Origin: Flectonema sp. DT1601
Lineage: Eukaryota
DNA: 64,000 bases
Direction: 5' to 3'
Assembly: GCA_964019425.1 (NCBI GenBank)
Contig: OZ025793.1
Location: forward strand, 434,001-498,000
Notes under the pieces: generated by a model
Told to the model about the DNA's origin: nothing
Databases searched by the model: none
The model's input: the letters and a program-made list of their open reading frames with translations, nothing else
In this document: positions 1-11,523 of the stretch, one piece after another
How positions within the stretch are numbered: position 1 is the stretch's first letter
How the letters are laid out: each line of letters opens with the position of its first letter
Position numbers and translations under genes: made by a program

Positions 1-3
1 ACG

Positions 4-86
4 GAACTAATGTTAAATTATCGTTATGTTATTTATGATACAATACATTTGTATTTTACGTACAAACTCGAACAGTTAACCCCCCT
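4..86. repeat. Dispersed repeat family A, copy 1 (GAACTAATGTTAAATT...TCGAACAGTTAACCCCCC)
   Basis: Near-identical to 30617-30699; shorter variant at 59526-59572. Confidence 0.9.
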
Positions 87-277
87 CAGGTGAGTTTATA
101 ATTTTCAAAATCGAACATACATCCCCCCGCGGTTGAGCTTGAAAATACAGTATCAAATTACCCCCTCAGGTGTATTTTTCGCAATCGTGTGCTACGCACT
201 ATCACATCAGAAGACATTCTATTATAGAAAAAAAAATTAGAAAGGTAAATATTTTTTCATTCTTAAAAACAGCCACA

Positions 278-2020
278 ATGGCACAGATACCGTGTCTTAA
301 TAGCAAACACTTATCTAGTTTGAGGAAGTGTAGAAGTAGTTCTGTTGAGTCTTTGTTAAATGCCGTGTTGGTACTATTTGGTTGTGATATCCCAACAAGA
401 GCTGACTTGTCCATTTTAATATCTGACAGCAGAAAGTTTACGAGGAAGTTAAGAGATTGGAATACCGAAAGATTAACATCGTCAGATAAAGTTATAAAAT
501 TACAACTAAAAAAACTACGACAATACAACCCGACTATTAACTTGGAGTCTATTAGTGATCCGATCTTAAGGGAAACAGTGGTGGTGTTGAAAACGTTTGT
601 TTTGAACTGTAAAACAACATTAGAATCGCAATCACAATCACAACTACGAACATCGACACCTCAAAGTCGGACATCTCGGAAGTGTAGATCAACATCGCCG
701 GCATGCAGAACTCTCTCTCCTCAGAGATTGTTCAATCCGGTCGTTAAAAACATTCAACTCGACATGTCAAATGGAGCAATCCAAATAGCAGACACCGACA
801 TCAGAATTACAAAATTTATAAACGACTTAGATGGTGAAATCGGAACATTAGTATTCTCAGGAAATCCTCAAACCACAGACTTCCTATCATTCAACATGTT
901 AGAGAAGATCGTACGAAGTACATATTCTGTATTAGGTAACTCCATTAGTAGTTGCAAAATCTCTGACAGTGACTTTATTGACACCACGATTAGTGATTCT
1001 CATAAGGTACTTTCCGCTAATACGTTGAAGGAATCGTTTTCTGATTTAAAATCTCAATCGTATCAGTCTGCGACATCAGTATTGGAACATATTAATAAAA
1101 TTGTTTTGAATTCTCCGCAATTTCATCATTTGTTTAAGTTGGGTGTGGGACTGGTTGTAGCAATAATAAGTCAACACAGCTGTTGTCGAATATCAAAACA
1201 CCATTTACTCCAAATGCTGAGGGGCAGCGACGTTGGAAGTGTTTCAAACGTTAGAGCGCACATCTTATCAAGAGTGTTATCTAATTCTAGAGCACTGGAT
1301 CTGGTGCTTCATCTTGAGTTCTGTGAATCTACCACCGCAGGTGACAAAATCACTTCTCCAGTCTCATTGTTGAGAAATCGATCGAAAATGTTTGAAATTC
1401 GATATGGAGATCCTCCTGAACTCGTAAAGCAATCAGTTGAGTTATTTCTCCTCTTATTAGGTGAACAACCAGGTGTCGGTTGGACTGAATACCAACGGGG
1501 TCTTTGTCAAACTAATCTCTTAAATAAAATGACTCACACATCAGACTCAAACTGTATCAGAGTCTCAGCTCACGTCTACAGACGAATTACAAAACTGAGA
1601 AATGTTCTTAAAGATGTCACGGACACTGGAAGTGTTGTAGCTGATGAATTGAAAAGATGGTCGCTGCAATTAATTGCGAGTGGAAAGGTTGGTCCTCGAA
1701 CGACAGCAATCAGTAGAAGTCGTAGTCGAAGTAGGTCAGCATCTGTTGGTAGGCATGTTAACTGTTTGAGCCCAACAGCGATATCGAGCAGCCCACCGCC
1801 TGAATTCGCATCTCCTGCGGCGCATTCTTCTATTGAATGGTTGAAATTCTGTCGTTCTGCGAGTCGGGATATATCTGAGTTGGACCTGCTTCGCATCTCA
1901 CGCGATACTTTAGTAAGATTAATATCTTTGTATGGATTCTCGCATCCAATTACTGCTGCTCGTATCGAACTCTACTGGCTGGACAATAACACAGCTGGTC
2001 ACAGCAGATCATCAAAATAA
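278..2020 (+). CDS. Hypothetical protein (~580 aa) with two segments resembling the dynein heavy-chain stalk microtubule-binding domain
   Basis: Long ORF; first ATG (278) follows an AAAACAG acceptor. Segments 'LNSKHLSSLRK...LLNAVLVLFG...KFTRKLRDWNTE...KKLRQYNP' and 'PPELVKQSVELFLLLLGE...W...SVVADELKRW' resemble the MTBD pattern. Confidence 0.7.
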   Translation: MAQIPCLNSKHLSSLRKCRSSSVESLLNAVLVLFGCDIPTRADLSILISDSRKFTRKLRDWNTERLTSSDKVIKLQLKKLRQYNPTINLESISDPILRETVVVLKTFVLNCKTTLESQSQSQLRTSTPQSRTSRKCRSTSPACRTLSPQRLFNPVVKNIQLDMSNGAIQIADTDIRITKFINDLDGEIGTLVFSGNPQTTDFLSFNMLEKIVRSTYSVLGNSISSCKISDSDFIDTTISDSHKVLSANTLKESFSDLKSQSYQSATSVLEHINKIVLNSPQFHHLFKLGVGLVVAIISQHSCCRISKHHLLQMLRGSDVGSVSNVRAHILSRVLSNSRALDLVLHLEFCESTTAGDKITSPVSLLRNRSKMFEIRYGDPPELVKQSVELFLLLLGEQPGVGWTEYQRGLCQTNLLNKMTHTSDSNCIRVSAHVYRRITKLRNVLKDVTDTGSVVADELKRWSLQLIASGKVGPRTTAISRSRSRSRSASVGRHVNCLSPTAISSSPPPEFASPAAHSSIEWLKFCRSASRDISELDLLRISRDTLVRLISLYGFSHPITAARIELYWLDNNTAGHSRSSK

Positions 2021-2158
2021 GCAATCAAACTTTACTGTACTGTTATTGCCCCGTTGTAGTTTTTTCACACTAAACCTCATCTCATGACATGTTTTTTTTT
2101 GGTGTAGAATGTTAACAAACGTGGGGGATCTTTTTGTCCCATTGTGTGTATTTTTTCT

Positions 2159-2194
<36 letters not shown>

Positions 2195-2347
2195 GATAAA
2201 GTCGTAGCCAACATTGTTTTTGTTAACCATTCGAATTATATTATTTAATCCTCCCCCTTTGACAGGTACTAGTATAATGATATTGTATTCTTGAAAGGTT
2301 CCAGTTACGTAGAATTATTATTATTTCCTGTCCCAAAACAGTTAAAC

Positions 2348-3244
2348 ATGATTCCTCCACAAGCAGAATGTGTGAAGCTAAAGCGACCAATTGAAAAATC
2401 ACCAACATGTTCTGCAAGTAGACGACCAACAGCTGCGGGTGATTATCGGGGAACAGCAAGGATTCCTCCATCGTGTTTGATGTTAAAACCTTGTTTTGGG
2501 TTTGGAGGAGTGTCGAGAACTTCATCAGTAAGCGCTCAACTCCCAACTAGAAGAAAAAGTAGAAATAGTTCCGGCAGTAACCTTCCTCCTCCTAGACCTA
2601 CTTTAAATAGCAATAGAGGACCTGTGAAGGGACAGTATGCTTTTTATAGAGCGAACTACAGCCCATCGGGATATCGTGAGCGTGGAATGAAGAAATCTGT
2701 TCTGGCTAAACCAATACCCGTTCCAGACCTCGCTTGTAAACTTTACTTAGCGAAAAGTATGACTCCGCGACTGTACTCATCGAGAAGTGAAGGACACCGG
2801 ACTCCTATCACTATGTTACCTGTTGAGGGAGTTCAGTTTCCATCACATGAAGAAGTTGATATCGAGACTCAGATAAGACAACAAGTCGAATCTGAACTCG
2901 CCTCCAAATACGAAGAAGACCATCGAAAATGGATGGAAAAGATGCAACAAGAAATTAAAGACCAGTGGGACATGGTTAAAACACGTCTTGACGACAAGGA
3001 TAAACGAATTGCTGAATTAGAAGCAATTGTAACGAGTATGGAATCTAACAGACAGGCAGCTCCTTCATCATCACCATCACCTTCAGGAAGTCCAAGTGTA
3101 AAAGAATATATATCAACACAATTAACTCACTCAAGGCAGACAGAATTAGAAAATCTTGATGCCGAATTAGCTGGGCTTCTTGACTGCAACGATTTCAACG
3201 AATGTGATACGGACATTATAAATGAAAATATCACTTCGGGCTAA
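2348..3244 (+). CDS. Hypothetical protein with C-terminal coiled coil
   Basis: ORF with ATG just after an AAAACAG acceptor; E/Q/K-rich heptad region (ETQIRQQVESELASKYEE...RIAELEAIV). Confidence 0.75.
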   Translation: MIPPQAECVKLKRPIEKSPTCSASRRPTAAGDYRGTARIPPSCLMLKPCFGFGGVSRTSSVSAQLPTRRKSRNSSGSNLPPPRPTLNSNRGPVKGQYAFYRANYSPSGYRERGMKKSVLAKPIPVPDLACKLYLAKSMTPRLYSSRSEGHRTPITMLPVEGVQFPSHEEVDIETQIRQQVESELASKYEEDHRKWMEKMQQEIKDQWDMVKTRLDDKDKRIAELEAIVTSMESNRQAAPSSSPSPSGSPSVKEYISTQLTHSRQTELENLDAELAGLLDCNDFNECDTDIINENITSG

Positions 3245-4523
3245 GTCAATGATCGTAAATAATGATATAATAATTCAAAGAAAAAGAATTAACAGTCAAG
3301 GGAATATTTTTTTTTTTCCCTCGAAAAAGTGTTGCCTAACGGCATTGTTACAAAAACCGAACTAACATTTTGAAGGCTTCAAAAGCATGATAGGGGTGCT
3401 AACTAATTAGCCCGAAAAACATGTCCTACTTTTATTAAATGATTGATTATTTATAAGTTGTTTTGTTTTATCATTTAAAACAAAGAAACAAACTGAACAC
3501 TTTCGATTATCCAATCAAATTAGATCGTTTATTTTCTTAATGACTGCTCTTCGATGGTGGCATCGCTTGAGAAGAGAAAGTAGTCAGCTGTGTCCTTCTA
3601 AAAAAAAGAAGTTAATTGCTTCTATTCTTCGTACAATGCCAGTCTATTTAAAAAAAAATAGTTCTGCTCTCTTTTTATAAGTTGGGATGATTTCTCCGTT
3701 TTTCAGTTCCTCTGCAGCTGATTTCGCTTCGTATTATCTGCTACATATTGAAAATGATATTTCATTTTTTTTTCATAGTTCTTTTTTCCACCGACTCCTG
3801 AGTATTTTTGACGCGCTCGTTCCATTTTTCCTTTTTGTTTGTTTTGTTTTGTTTAGTTCTTCCAGTCTATCTCCTCTCCAAGATGTTACAGTCGCTATAA
3901 AGTCAGCAACTTGGAACAAACTGGTTTTTGCGCAACTTGAATGTGAGCGCCTCAAAAGAAAATTGCTACTACCATGTGTGGTTACGGCCACCGGTCTTCA
4001 TCCAGAGCGGGCACATCCTGCGATACTCTGCGAGAAGCTAATAACTGCGAACCGTGAGAAGTCTTTTTTTTTCCCCTCTTTCTCAGAGTTAGGAGTGATT
4101 TGTGGATCTCTTTTATGCCCTCCGCCGTATTTAATTGTACCTAGGGCAGGGCTTTCACAATTATTTAAAAATAATTGAGTAACTCGTTTCCGTTCTGAAT
4201 TACAATACGGAAAAAGAGATTGCAACTGAGTTAGAAACATTTACTACTAAGTAGAGTATGTTTACGAGATTTTCAGAGTGTTTACCTTTACGTTGCCTTC
4301 AGTCAACATGTAACTTTTTTTTTGATACAATGCAATAGTTTTAGTAATGTCGTTATAAAACCCCTTTCCCAGAGTGAGGAGAGATTCCTCGATTTTTCTT
4401 TTTTTTTTTTTTTGTTGTTTTTTTTAAAAAAATTGTGTTATATAGCTCAGTAAATAAACTGGGTAGGTAGATGCCTTTCATTGTGTTAGGCTCTGGGCAA
4501 GGTGGAGGCTGGAATGTGGCTCG

Positions 4524-4633
4524 ATCACTGCCAGCCAATACTATGAAACTACAATCTTGGCGATTGGGTCCTTACTGATGCGGGCTACCCAGACCCCTCG
4601 TAGTCATCAGTTTGTATTTTGCTAACTAAACTA
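4524..4633. repeat. Dispersed repeat family B, copy 1 (~110 bp, structured)
   Basis: Matches 59391-59501 with about 3 differences. Confidence 0.9.
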
Positions 4634-4964
4634 GGCTATGAGGAGGATACCGACGGCATTTCTTAGACGGTTCTTACTTAACCGGTGAGCAAAACGTGAA
4701 GCCGATTATTTCTTCTTCTTCGTCTTATTTTTCCTATTGCTCAATCAGTAGAAGCCTTGTGTGGTATCCTAAATCTCCCCTAATCCGTTCTAAAAAAAAA
4801 AATATATATATATATATAGTAAAATAAATATTTATTATTATAGTGACGCTGAGATTCATGAAATTAGTTAGTTTTAATAAAAATGACATCCGCGAAAAAA
4901 GATGTACCTTTTTTTTTTTTTTTAAAACGCATATATTTTTTTTCAGATAATAAATTTATATAAC

Positions 4965-6431
4965 ATGAAGGTGCAGCGACGCAGCTTCTACCTGGGCCAC
5001 ATGAAAGGAGCATTAGGAGGTTGTCATCCTGCCCTCGACAAGATAGTTCCAACGTCTGCTCTGAGTAAGGGATCGTGGAAGACTGCTTGGAGTAAGGGAC
5101 CTCTCAACATTACCACCAGTGAAGATGATGAAGAAATGTGTTTTAAAAGATACCAAAGAGAAAACCAAGTTGAGCAACTTCTGCGTCACACATACGAAAA
5201 ATCATTAAATAGCAGCAGTCGACTTCATAATAACTTAGAGCGTAAGAGAGCTCAAATTAAACAATCGTATTCAGATATAGAAGAAGCTCGATATGTTGTA
5301 GACGAATCTTGGGATGGAAGATCGAGACTTGATTGGGAAGTAATGTCTGATGACACTGTTCAGAGAATCATTTTGTCCAGCATATTCTCACCTGAAACAT
5401 CTGTTGGTGAAATCGGCACGACCGATTCCCCGGAACAGTTTCTCGAAAAATCTTTTTCCAACTGCAAATCATCGGGTAAAATAGCCTTAGCAAAACAGCG
5501 TAACTTAGAATTATGGACAGAAGCCACAACCCATGCCGTCATTTTCAAGCAAGAAGATCTACTAAAAACCCTTCCTGAAACACTTGTTCAAAGCTGTCGA
5601 GATGTCGCCGACTCCATAAACAAAACTCGCACAGATAAAGATCAAGAACCATCAAAGCATATCTTACCTCACAGACACTGTTTAACAAATCAGTTTTTGT
5701 TTCCTCCACTTCAAAAGGTTGACTTTCCTGGTAAGGATGACCTCTCTAAATTAGATGTTAAGGCGCACATATCACTTATCAGATGGTATCAAAATATGAA
5801 ACAAGACTCAAATACAAGAAAGGAATGGTTTGTGAATACCAGTAGAGATCAGCTTTCAGTAAGAAAACTTTTAACGAGTAAGTTAACCCTTCGAACTGGT
5901 GTTAAACGTGATATGGATAATGATATTGCAGAACAGGAGAAAGCGATCGCAGCTATTCAGCAAAGCGAAGAAAAATGGAGAAGAGTTCTAAACAAAAAGA
6001 GAACTCCTCTTCACGCTGAGGAAGCACATCTTCTGAAATCCTTACCAACGCCAGTCGTACCGAAGTTTGCTTTGGAAGAAGAGTCGGTTGAAATGAAATC
6101 TGACTTGCAGGAACACTTGGCAGACTTATTATCGACAACCAAATATAAGAAATGTCTCCTCGTTGACAACACTGGATCCTTTAGAGCTGCTGTTTATGAT
6201 CTAGCATGGATGCTATCAAGAGAACGTCTTCACTATGTTCGTTCTGAACAAAGAAAAACTGCTAATCATTTAACTCAGCGAGCTCGTAGACGTGTTGAGA
6301 TATCATGCAAAGACCTGATGGATCGACACAGAGAACTATTTACTATTGAACATAGCACTCCTGACCGCACTGACTACCTCTTTGCTCCTGATCAGTACGC
6401 TGCTGACATAGATAGTATGTTTATTTATTAA
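4965..6431 (+). CDS. Hypothetical protein, 488 aa, partly coiled-coil
   Basis: Long ATG-initiated ORF with protein-like composition. Confidence 0.8.
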   Translation: MKVQRRSFYLGHMKGALGGCHPALDKIVPTSALSKGSWKTAWSKGPLNITTSEDDEEMCFKRYQRENQVEQLLRHTYEKSLNSSSRLHNNLERKRAQIKQSYSDIEEARYVVDESWDGRSRLDWEVMSDDTVQRIILSSIFSPETSVGEIGTTDSPEQFLEKSFSNCKSSGKIALAKQRNLELWTEATTHAVIFKQEDLLKTLPETLVQSCRDVADSINKTRTDKDQEPSKHILPHRHCLTNQFLFPPLQKVDFPGKDDLSKLDVKAHISLIRWYQNMKQDSNTRKEWFVNTSRDQLSVRKLLTSKLTLRTGVKRDMDNDIAEQEKAIAAIQQSEEKWRRVLNKKRTPLHAEEAHLLKSLPTPVVPKFALEEESVEMKSDLQEHLADLLSTTKYKKCLLVDNTGSFRAAVYDLAWMLSRERLHYVRSEQRKTANHLTQRARRRVEISCKDLMDRHRELFTIEHSTPDRTDYLFAPDQYAADIDSMFIY

Positions 6432-6824
6432 TTCACTCTCACTCTCTTCAAACATACACAAACTCGAAACTAAAAAAAACAACAACAACAGCTGCAACAG
6501 TAAACACTGTGCATCCACCATTCGGTTCTGGAAGTTTTAAGAATACAGCGATAGGTGTTCGAGCGTAGATCAGTTTGTCATCTGCGTCGCTATTATATTC
6601 TGTTACTGTCAGCAGGTGGTCTGTTTATGTTATTAAGATATCACAAAAAAAAAAAAAAAAAAAAAAATCCGATAATAAAATAAAAATAACTTGTGATTAG
6701 TGTTTATTTGGTATTTTCGTTGTGTCGAGTGGTTACGCTTTAGGAAAAAAAAAAAAAAAAAAAAAAAAACACACGAGTTTTTTTTTTCTATTTACAAATA
6801 GTTTATTTATTTACACATAATAAC

Positions 6825-7074
6825 ATGCCGGGACATGGAAAGACTGAGGCAGAGAATGAAAGACGTACTTTGGATTGCATCACTAGTGGAGGAGGCTTAG
6901 ACTGTGATCCGGTTGTTGGCACACTTAACTCACACTCTAAACAGGTTTGTGTGATCTGTTTCATGTTTTGTTGATGTTGTCATATTTATTTATCTTTATC
7001 ACTTAACTACCAAACAGAAAGGACATTTAGGCTTTGGTTCCATTGGTACATTTAGTAGTGTTGGAGGAGTGTAG
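6825..7074 (+). CDS. Putative 58-aa two-exon microprotein (exons 6825-6944, 7018-7074)
   Basis: MPGHGKTEAENERRTLDCITSGGGLDCDPVVGTLNSHSKQ|KGHLGFGSIGTFSSVGGV*. The intron GTTTGT...CCAAACAG matches the local intron style and the join is in frame. Confidence 0.55.
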
Positions 7075-7354
7075 CTTGGATTCAATAGAATATTACTAGC
7101 TTACAATCTAGATAGTTGCATGATTCCGTATTTGATACTCTGCCAATGTTGTTTTAGCACTTACCGCTTTTTGTAATTACTTGTTAAGAGTTTGTGACAA
7201 GGGTTGTTAACTATAATTTATTAATAGAACCTGTGAATTATGTTGTGTTGGTACTCTGAGGTTATTGTTTTCACAAATTGGTTATCTCTCAAGCGTTTCT
7301 GTTGCTCTTATCATATGTTCCAAACAGAACTCCTCCTCTTTCAAAACAAATAAA

Positions 7355-8317
7355 ATGAAGACCGCCGCCGCCCTCGCTCTCATCGCGTCCGCTTCATCCC
7401 TTCCGTTGGACTACATCAACAACAATGAAGCACTTCTTTGGAAGAACTTCAAGGAGTCATACAACAAGAAGTACAGTGGAGTTGATGAACCAAAGAGAAG
7501 AACCATCTTCATGGAGAACATGAGAAAGGGATCTTCGTTGGAGAAGTCGAACCCTGGATGTGAATTTGGAATGAACATCTACACTGACTTGTCGAGTGAG
7601 GAATTCAAAGTTTACCACAACCTGAACATGCCAGTCGAGGAGAGCCCTGCTCGCAAGTACACTGCGGCTGATGTTGAGGCCAACGTCGATGCGGTGGACT
7701 GGAGAACCAAGGGAGCAGTGACCCAAGTGAAGAACCAGGCACAGTGTGGATCTTGTTGGTCGTTCTCGACTACCGGAGGTATCGAAGGACAGTGGAAACT
7801 TGCAGGTCACGACCTCGTTTCACTGTCAGAGCAGGAGTTGGTATCATGTGACAAGACTGATGCTGGATGTGGAGGAGGATGGCAATACCAAGCCATGCAG
7901 TGGTTACTCGACAACCACAGTGGTGGTATTGTTACTGAGGAAGAGTACCCATACACCTCTGGAGGAGGAAGTGTTGCGGCGTGCAAGGACGTTTCGTCGA
8001 TGAAGGTCGGAGCCACGATCAAGGGATACAAGAAGCTCGCTCACAGTGAGGATGAGATGGCTGTTTTCGTTGGTAAGAACGGACCTCTGTCGATTGCCCT
8101 TGACGCGAGCTCGTTCCAGACCTACACTGGAGGAATCCTGTCAAACTGTGATGGAAAGACCCTCGACCACGCTGTCTTGATTGTTGGATATGCTCCAGGA
8201 TACTGGATCGTAAAGAACTCTTGGGGAGCAAACTGGGGAGAGAGTGGATACATCAGAATCGCTAGAGGAAGCAACCAGTGTGGACTTGACCTCGCCCCAG
8301 TTACTTCAGAAATCTAA
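7355..8317 (+). CDS. Papain-family (C1A) cathepsin L-like cysteine protease, copy 1
   Basis: Signal peptide, I29 prodomain (ERFNIN-like and GxNxxxD motifs), [11 protein letters not shown] (catalytic Cys), DHAV (His), KNSWG (Asn). Confidence 0.97.
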   Translation: MKTAAALALIASASSLPLDYINNNEALLWKNFKESYNKKYSGVDEPKRRTIFMENMRKGSSLEKSNPGCEFGMNIYTDLSSEEFKVYHNLNMPVEESPARKYTAADVEANVDAVDWRTKGAVTQVKNQAQCGSCWSFSTTGGIEGQWKLAGHDLVSLSEQELVSCDKTDAGCGGGWQYQAMQWLLDNHSGGIVTEEEYPYTSGGGSVAACKDVSSMKVGATIKGYKKLAHSEDEMAVFVGKNGPLSIALDASSFQTYTGGILSNCDGKTLDHAVLIVGYAPGYWIVKNSWGANWGESGYIRIARGSNQCGLDLAPVTSEI

Positions 8318-8957
8318 TTAGCTCTCGTTGAAGTCACACAAGGTAAGGAAAGCAACGTGTCTACACGCCAGCTTGGAATATCTTGTTGTGTTGTTTGATT
8401 GTTATTCTTCATTTGTTTTATTGTTTTATTATTATATTTCCATTCTTTCCTTTGGGGAAGTCTGAAAAGACGTGTGTTGTTTTGTTTCTCTCTCTCCCTT
8501 TAGCAGCAATGATAATTGTGTTTGTGATCTCATTGTGTAGATCACGTTATCACTCCGTTTTGACTCAAATGAGTTACAAAGTAAGTATTGGGTATTCATC
8601 CTATTTGAGAGCTGCTATTGTCTTTCTCTCTCTTTTCTGTTATTTTGAAACCAGCGTGCTTTTTGAGTTCATTCATTCCTTTTGGATGAATGAAAACCAA
8701 ACCTTTTGAGTTGTTAGCCGCAGTTTGTTGTCTGTTGGTGAGCATCACTCTAGTTCTTACTTTAAGAGTAATGAAATTAATTCCTTTTGTATTCTGACGA
8801 CATCAAAAGTTAGTAACCTTCCCTCTTCAAAACAGAACTCAGTTCAGACACTCGACAAGAAAATGAATTATTGTTAGGTAAACATTTTATTATAAATTAA
8901 AACTCTTTTCATTTACAGACACTTCCTAGTTACATCCACCACCCGAATTATAAAAAT

Positions 8958-9920
8958 ATGAAGACCGCCGCCGCCCTCGCTCTCATCGCGTCCGCTTCAT
9001 CCCTTCCGTTGGACTACATCAACAACAATGAAGCACTTCTTTGGAAGAACTTCAAGGAGTCATACAACAAGAAGTACAGTGGAGTTGATGAACCAAAGAG
9101 AAGAACCATCTTCATGGAGAACATGAGAAAGGGATCTTCGTTGGAGAAGTCGAACCCTGGATGTGAATTTGGAATGAACATCTACACTGACTTGTCGAGT
9201 GAGGAATTCAAAGTTTACCACAACCTGAACATGCCAGTCGAGGAGAGCCCTGCTCGCAAGTACACTGCGGCTGATGTTGAGGCCAACGTCGATGCGGTGG
9301 ACTGGAGAACCAAGGGAGCAGTGACCCAAGTGAAGAACCAGGCACAGTGTGGATCTTGTTGGTCGTTCTCGACTACCGGAGGTATCGAAGGACAGTGGAA
9401 ACTTGCAGGTCACGACCTCGTTTCACTGTCAGAGCAGGAGTTGGTATCATGTGACAAGACTGATGCTGGATGTGGAGGAGGATGGCAATACCAAGCCATG
9501 CAGTGGTTACTCGACAACCACAGTGGTGGTATTGTTACTGAGGAAGAGTACCCATACACCTCTGGAGGAGGAAGTGTTGCGGCGTGCAAGGACGTTTCGT
9601 CGATGAAGGTCGGAGCCACGATCAAGGGATACAAGAAGCTCGCTCACAGTGAGGATGAGATGGCTGTTTTCGTTGGTAAGAACGGACCTCTGTCGATTGC
9701 CCTTGACGCGAGCTCGTTCCAGACCTACACTGGAGGAATCCTGTCAAACTGTGATGGAAAGACCCTCGACCACGCTGTCTTGATTGTTGGATATGCTCCA
9801 GGATACTGGATCGTAAAGAACTCTTGGGGAGCAAACTGGGGAGAGAGTGGATACATCAGAATCGCTAGAGGAAGCAACCAGTGTGGACTTGACCTCGCCC
9901 CAGTTACTTCAGAAATCTAA
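8958..9920 (+). CDS. C1A cysteine protease, copy 2
   Basis: Protein identical to copy 1. Confidence 0.97.
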   Translation: MKTAAALALIASASSLPLDYINNNEALLWKNFKESYNKKYSGVDEPKRRTIFMENMRKGSSLEKSNPGCEFGMNIYTDLSSEEFKVYHNLNMPVEESPARKYTAADVEANVDAVDWRTKGAVTQVKNQAQCGSCWSFSTTGGIEGQWKLAGHDLVSLSEQELVSCDKTDAGCGGGWQYQAMQWLLDNHSGGIVTEEEYPYTSGGGSVAACKDVSSMKVGATIKGYKKLAHSEDEMAVFVGKNGPLSIALDASSFQTYTGGILSNCDGKTLDHAVLIVGYAPGYWIVKNSWGANWGESGYIRIARGSNQCGLDLAPVTSEI

Positions 9921-10560
9921 TTAGCTCTCGTTGAAGTCACACAAGGTAAGGAAAGCAACGTGTCTACACGCCAGCTTGGAATATCTTGTTGTGTTGTTTG
10001 ATTGTTATTCTTCATTTGTTTTATTGTTTTATTATTATATTTCCATTCTTTCCTTTGGGGAAGTCTGAAAAGACGTGTGTTGTTTTGTTTCTCTCTCTCC
10101 CTTTAGCAGCAATGATAATTGTGTTTGTGATCTCATTGTGTAGATCACGTTATCACTCCGTTTTGACTCAAATGAGTTACAAAGTAAGTATTGGGTATTC
10201 ATCCTATTTGAGAGCTGCTATTGTCTTTCTCTCTCTTTTCTGTTATTTTGAAACCAGCGTGCTTTTTGAGTTCATTCATTCCTTTTGGATGAATGAAAAC
10301 CAAACCTTTTGAGTTGTTAGCCGCAGTTTGTTGTCTGTTGGTGAGCATCACTCTAGTTCTTACTTTAAGAGTAATGAAATTAATTCCTTTTGTATTCTGA
10401 CGACATCAAAAGTTAGTAACCTTCCCTCTTCAAAACAGAACTCAGTTCAGACACTCGACAAGAAAATGAATTATTGTTAGGTAAACATTTTATTATAAAT
10501 TAAAACTCTTTTCATTTACAGACACTTCCTAGTTACATCCACCACCCGAATTATAAAAAT

Positions 10561-11523
10561 ATGAAGACCGCCGCCGCCCTCGCTCTCATCGCGTCCGCTT
10601 CATCCCTTCCGTTGGACTACATCAACAACAATGAAGCACTTCTTTGGAAGAACTTCAAGGAGTCATACAACAAGAAGTACAGTGGAGTTGATGAACCAAA
10701 GAGAAGAACCATCTTCATGGAGAACATGAGAAAGGGATCTTCGTTGGAGAAGTCGAACCCTGGATGTGAATTTGGAATGAACATCTACACTGACTTGTCG
10801 AGTGAGGAATTCAAAGTTTACCACAACCTGAACATGCCAGTCGAGGAGAGCCCTGCTCGCAAGTACACTGCGGCTGATGTTGAGGCCAACGTCGATGCGG
10901 TGGACTGGAGAACCAAGGGAGCAGTGACCCAAGTGAAGAACCAGGCACAGTGTGGATCTTGTTGGTCGTTCTCGACTACCGGAGGTATCGAAGGACAGTG
11001 GAAACTTGCAGGTCACGACCTCGTTTCACTGTCAGAGCAGGAGTTGGTATCATGTGACAAGACTGATGCCGGATGTGGAGGAGGATGGCAATACCAAGCC
11101 ATGCAGTGGTTACTCGACAACCACAGTGGTGGTATTGTTACTGAGGAAGAGTACCCATACACCTCTGGAGGAGGAAGTGTTGCGGCGTGCAAGGACGTTT
11201 CGTCGATGAAGGTCGGAGCCACGATCAAGGGATACAAGAAGCTCGCTCACAGTGAGGATGAGATGGCTGTTTTCGTTGGTAAGAACGGACCTCTGTCGAT
11301 TGCCCTTGACGCGAGCTCGTTCCAGACCTACACTGGAGGAATCCTGTCAAACTGTGATGGAAAGACCCTCGACCACGCTGTCTTGATTGTTGGATATGCT
11401 CCAGGATACTGGATCGTAAAGAACTCTTGGGGAGCAAACTGGGGAGAGAGTGGATACATCAGAATCGCTAGAGGAAGCAACCAGTGTGGACTTGACCTCG
11501 CCCCAGTTACTTCAGAAATCTAA
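10561..11523 (+). CDS. C1A cysteine protease, copy 3
   Basis: Identical protein; silent T>C at 11070. Confidence 0.97.
   Translation: MKTAAALALIASASSLPLDYINNNEALLWKNFKESYNKKYSGVDEPKRRTIFMENMRKGSSLEKSNPGCEFGMNIYTDLSSEEFKVYHNLNMPVEESPARKYTAADVEANVDAVDWRTKGAVTQVKNQAQCGSCWSFSTTGGIEGQWKLAGHDLVSLSEQELVSCDKTDAGCGGGWQYQAMQWLLDNHSGGIVTEEEYPYTSGGGSVAACKDVSSMKVGATIKGYKKLAHSEDEMAVFVGKNGPLSIALDASSFQTYTGGILSNCDGKTLDHAVLIVGYAPGYWIVKNSWGANWGESGYIRIARGSNQCGLDLAPVTSEI

Noticed and set aside
8383..8709. 108-aa hydrophobic ORF in each array spacer
   Set aside because: Non-ATG start in T-rich 3' UTR sequence; conserved only because the unit is duplicated.
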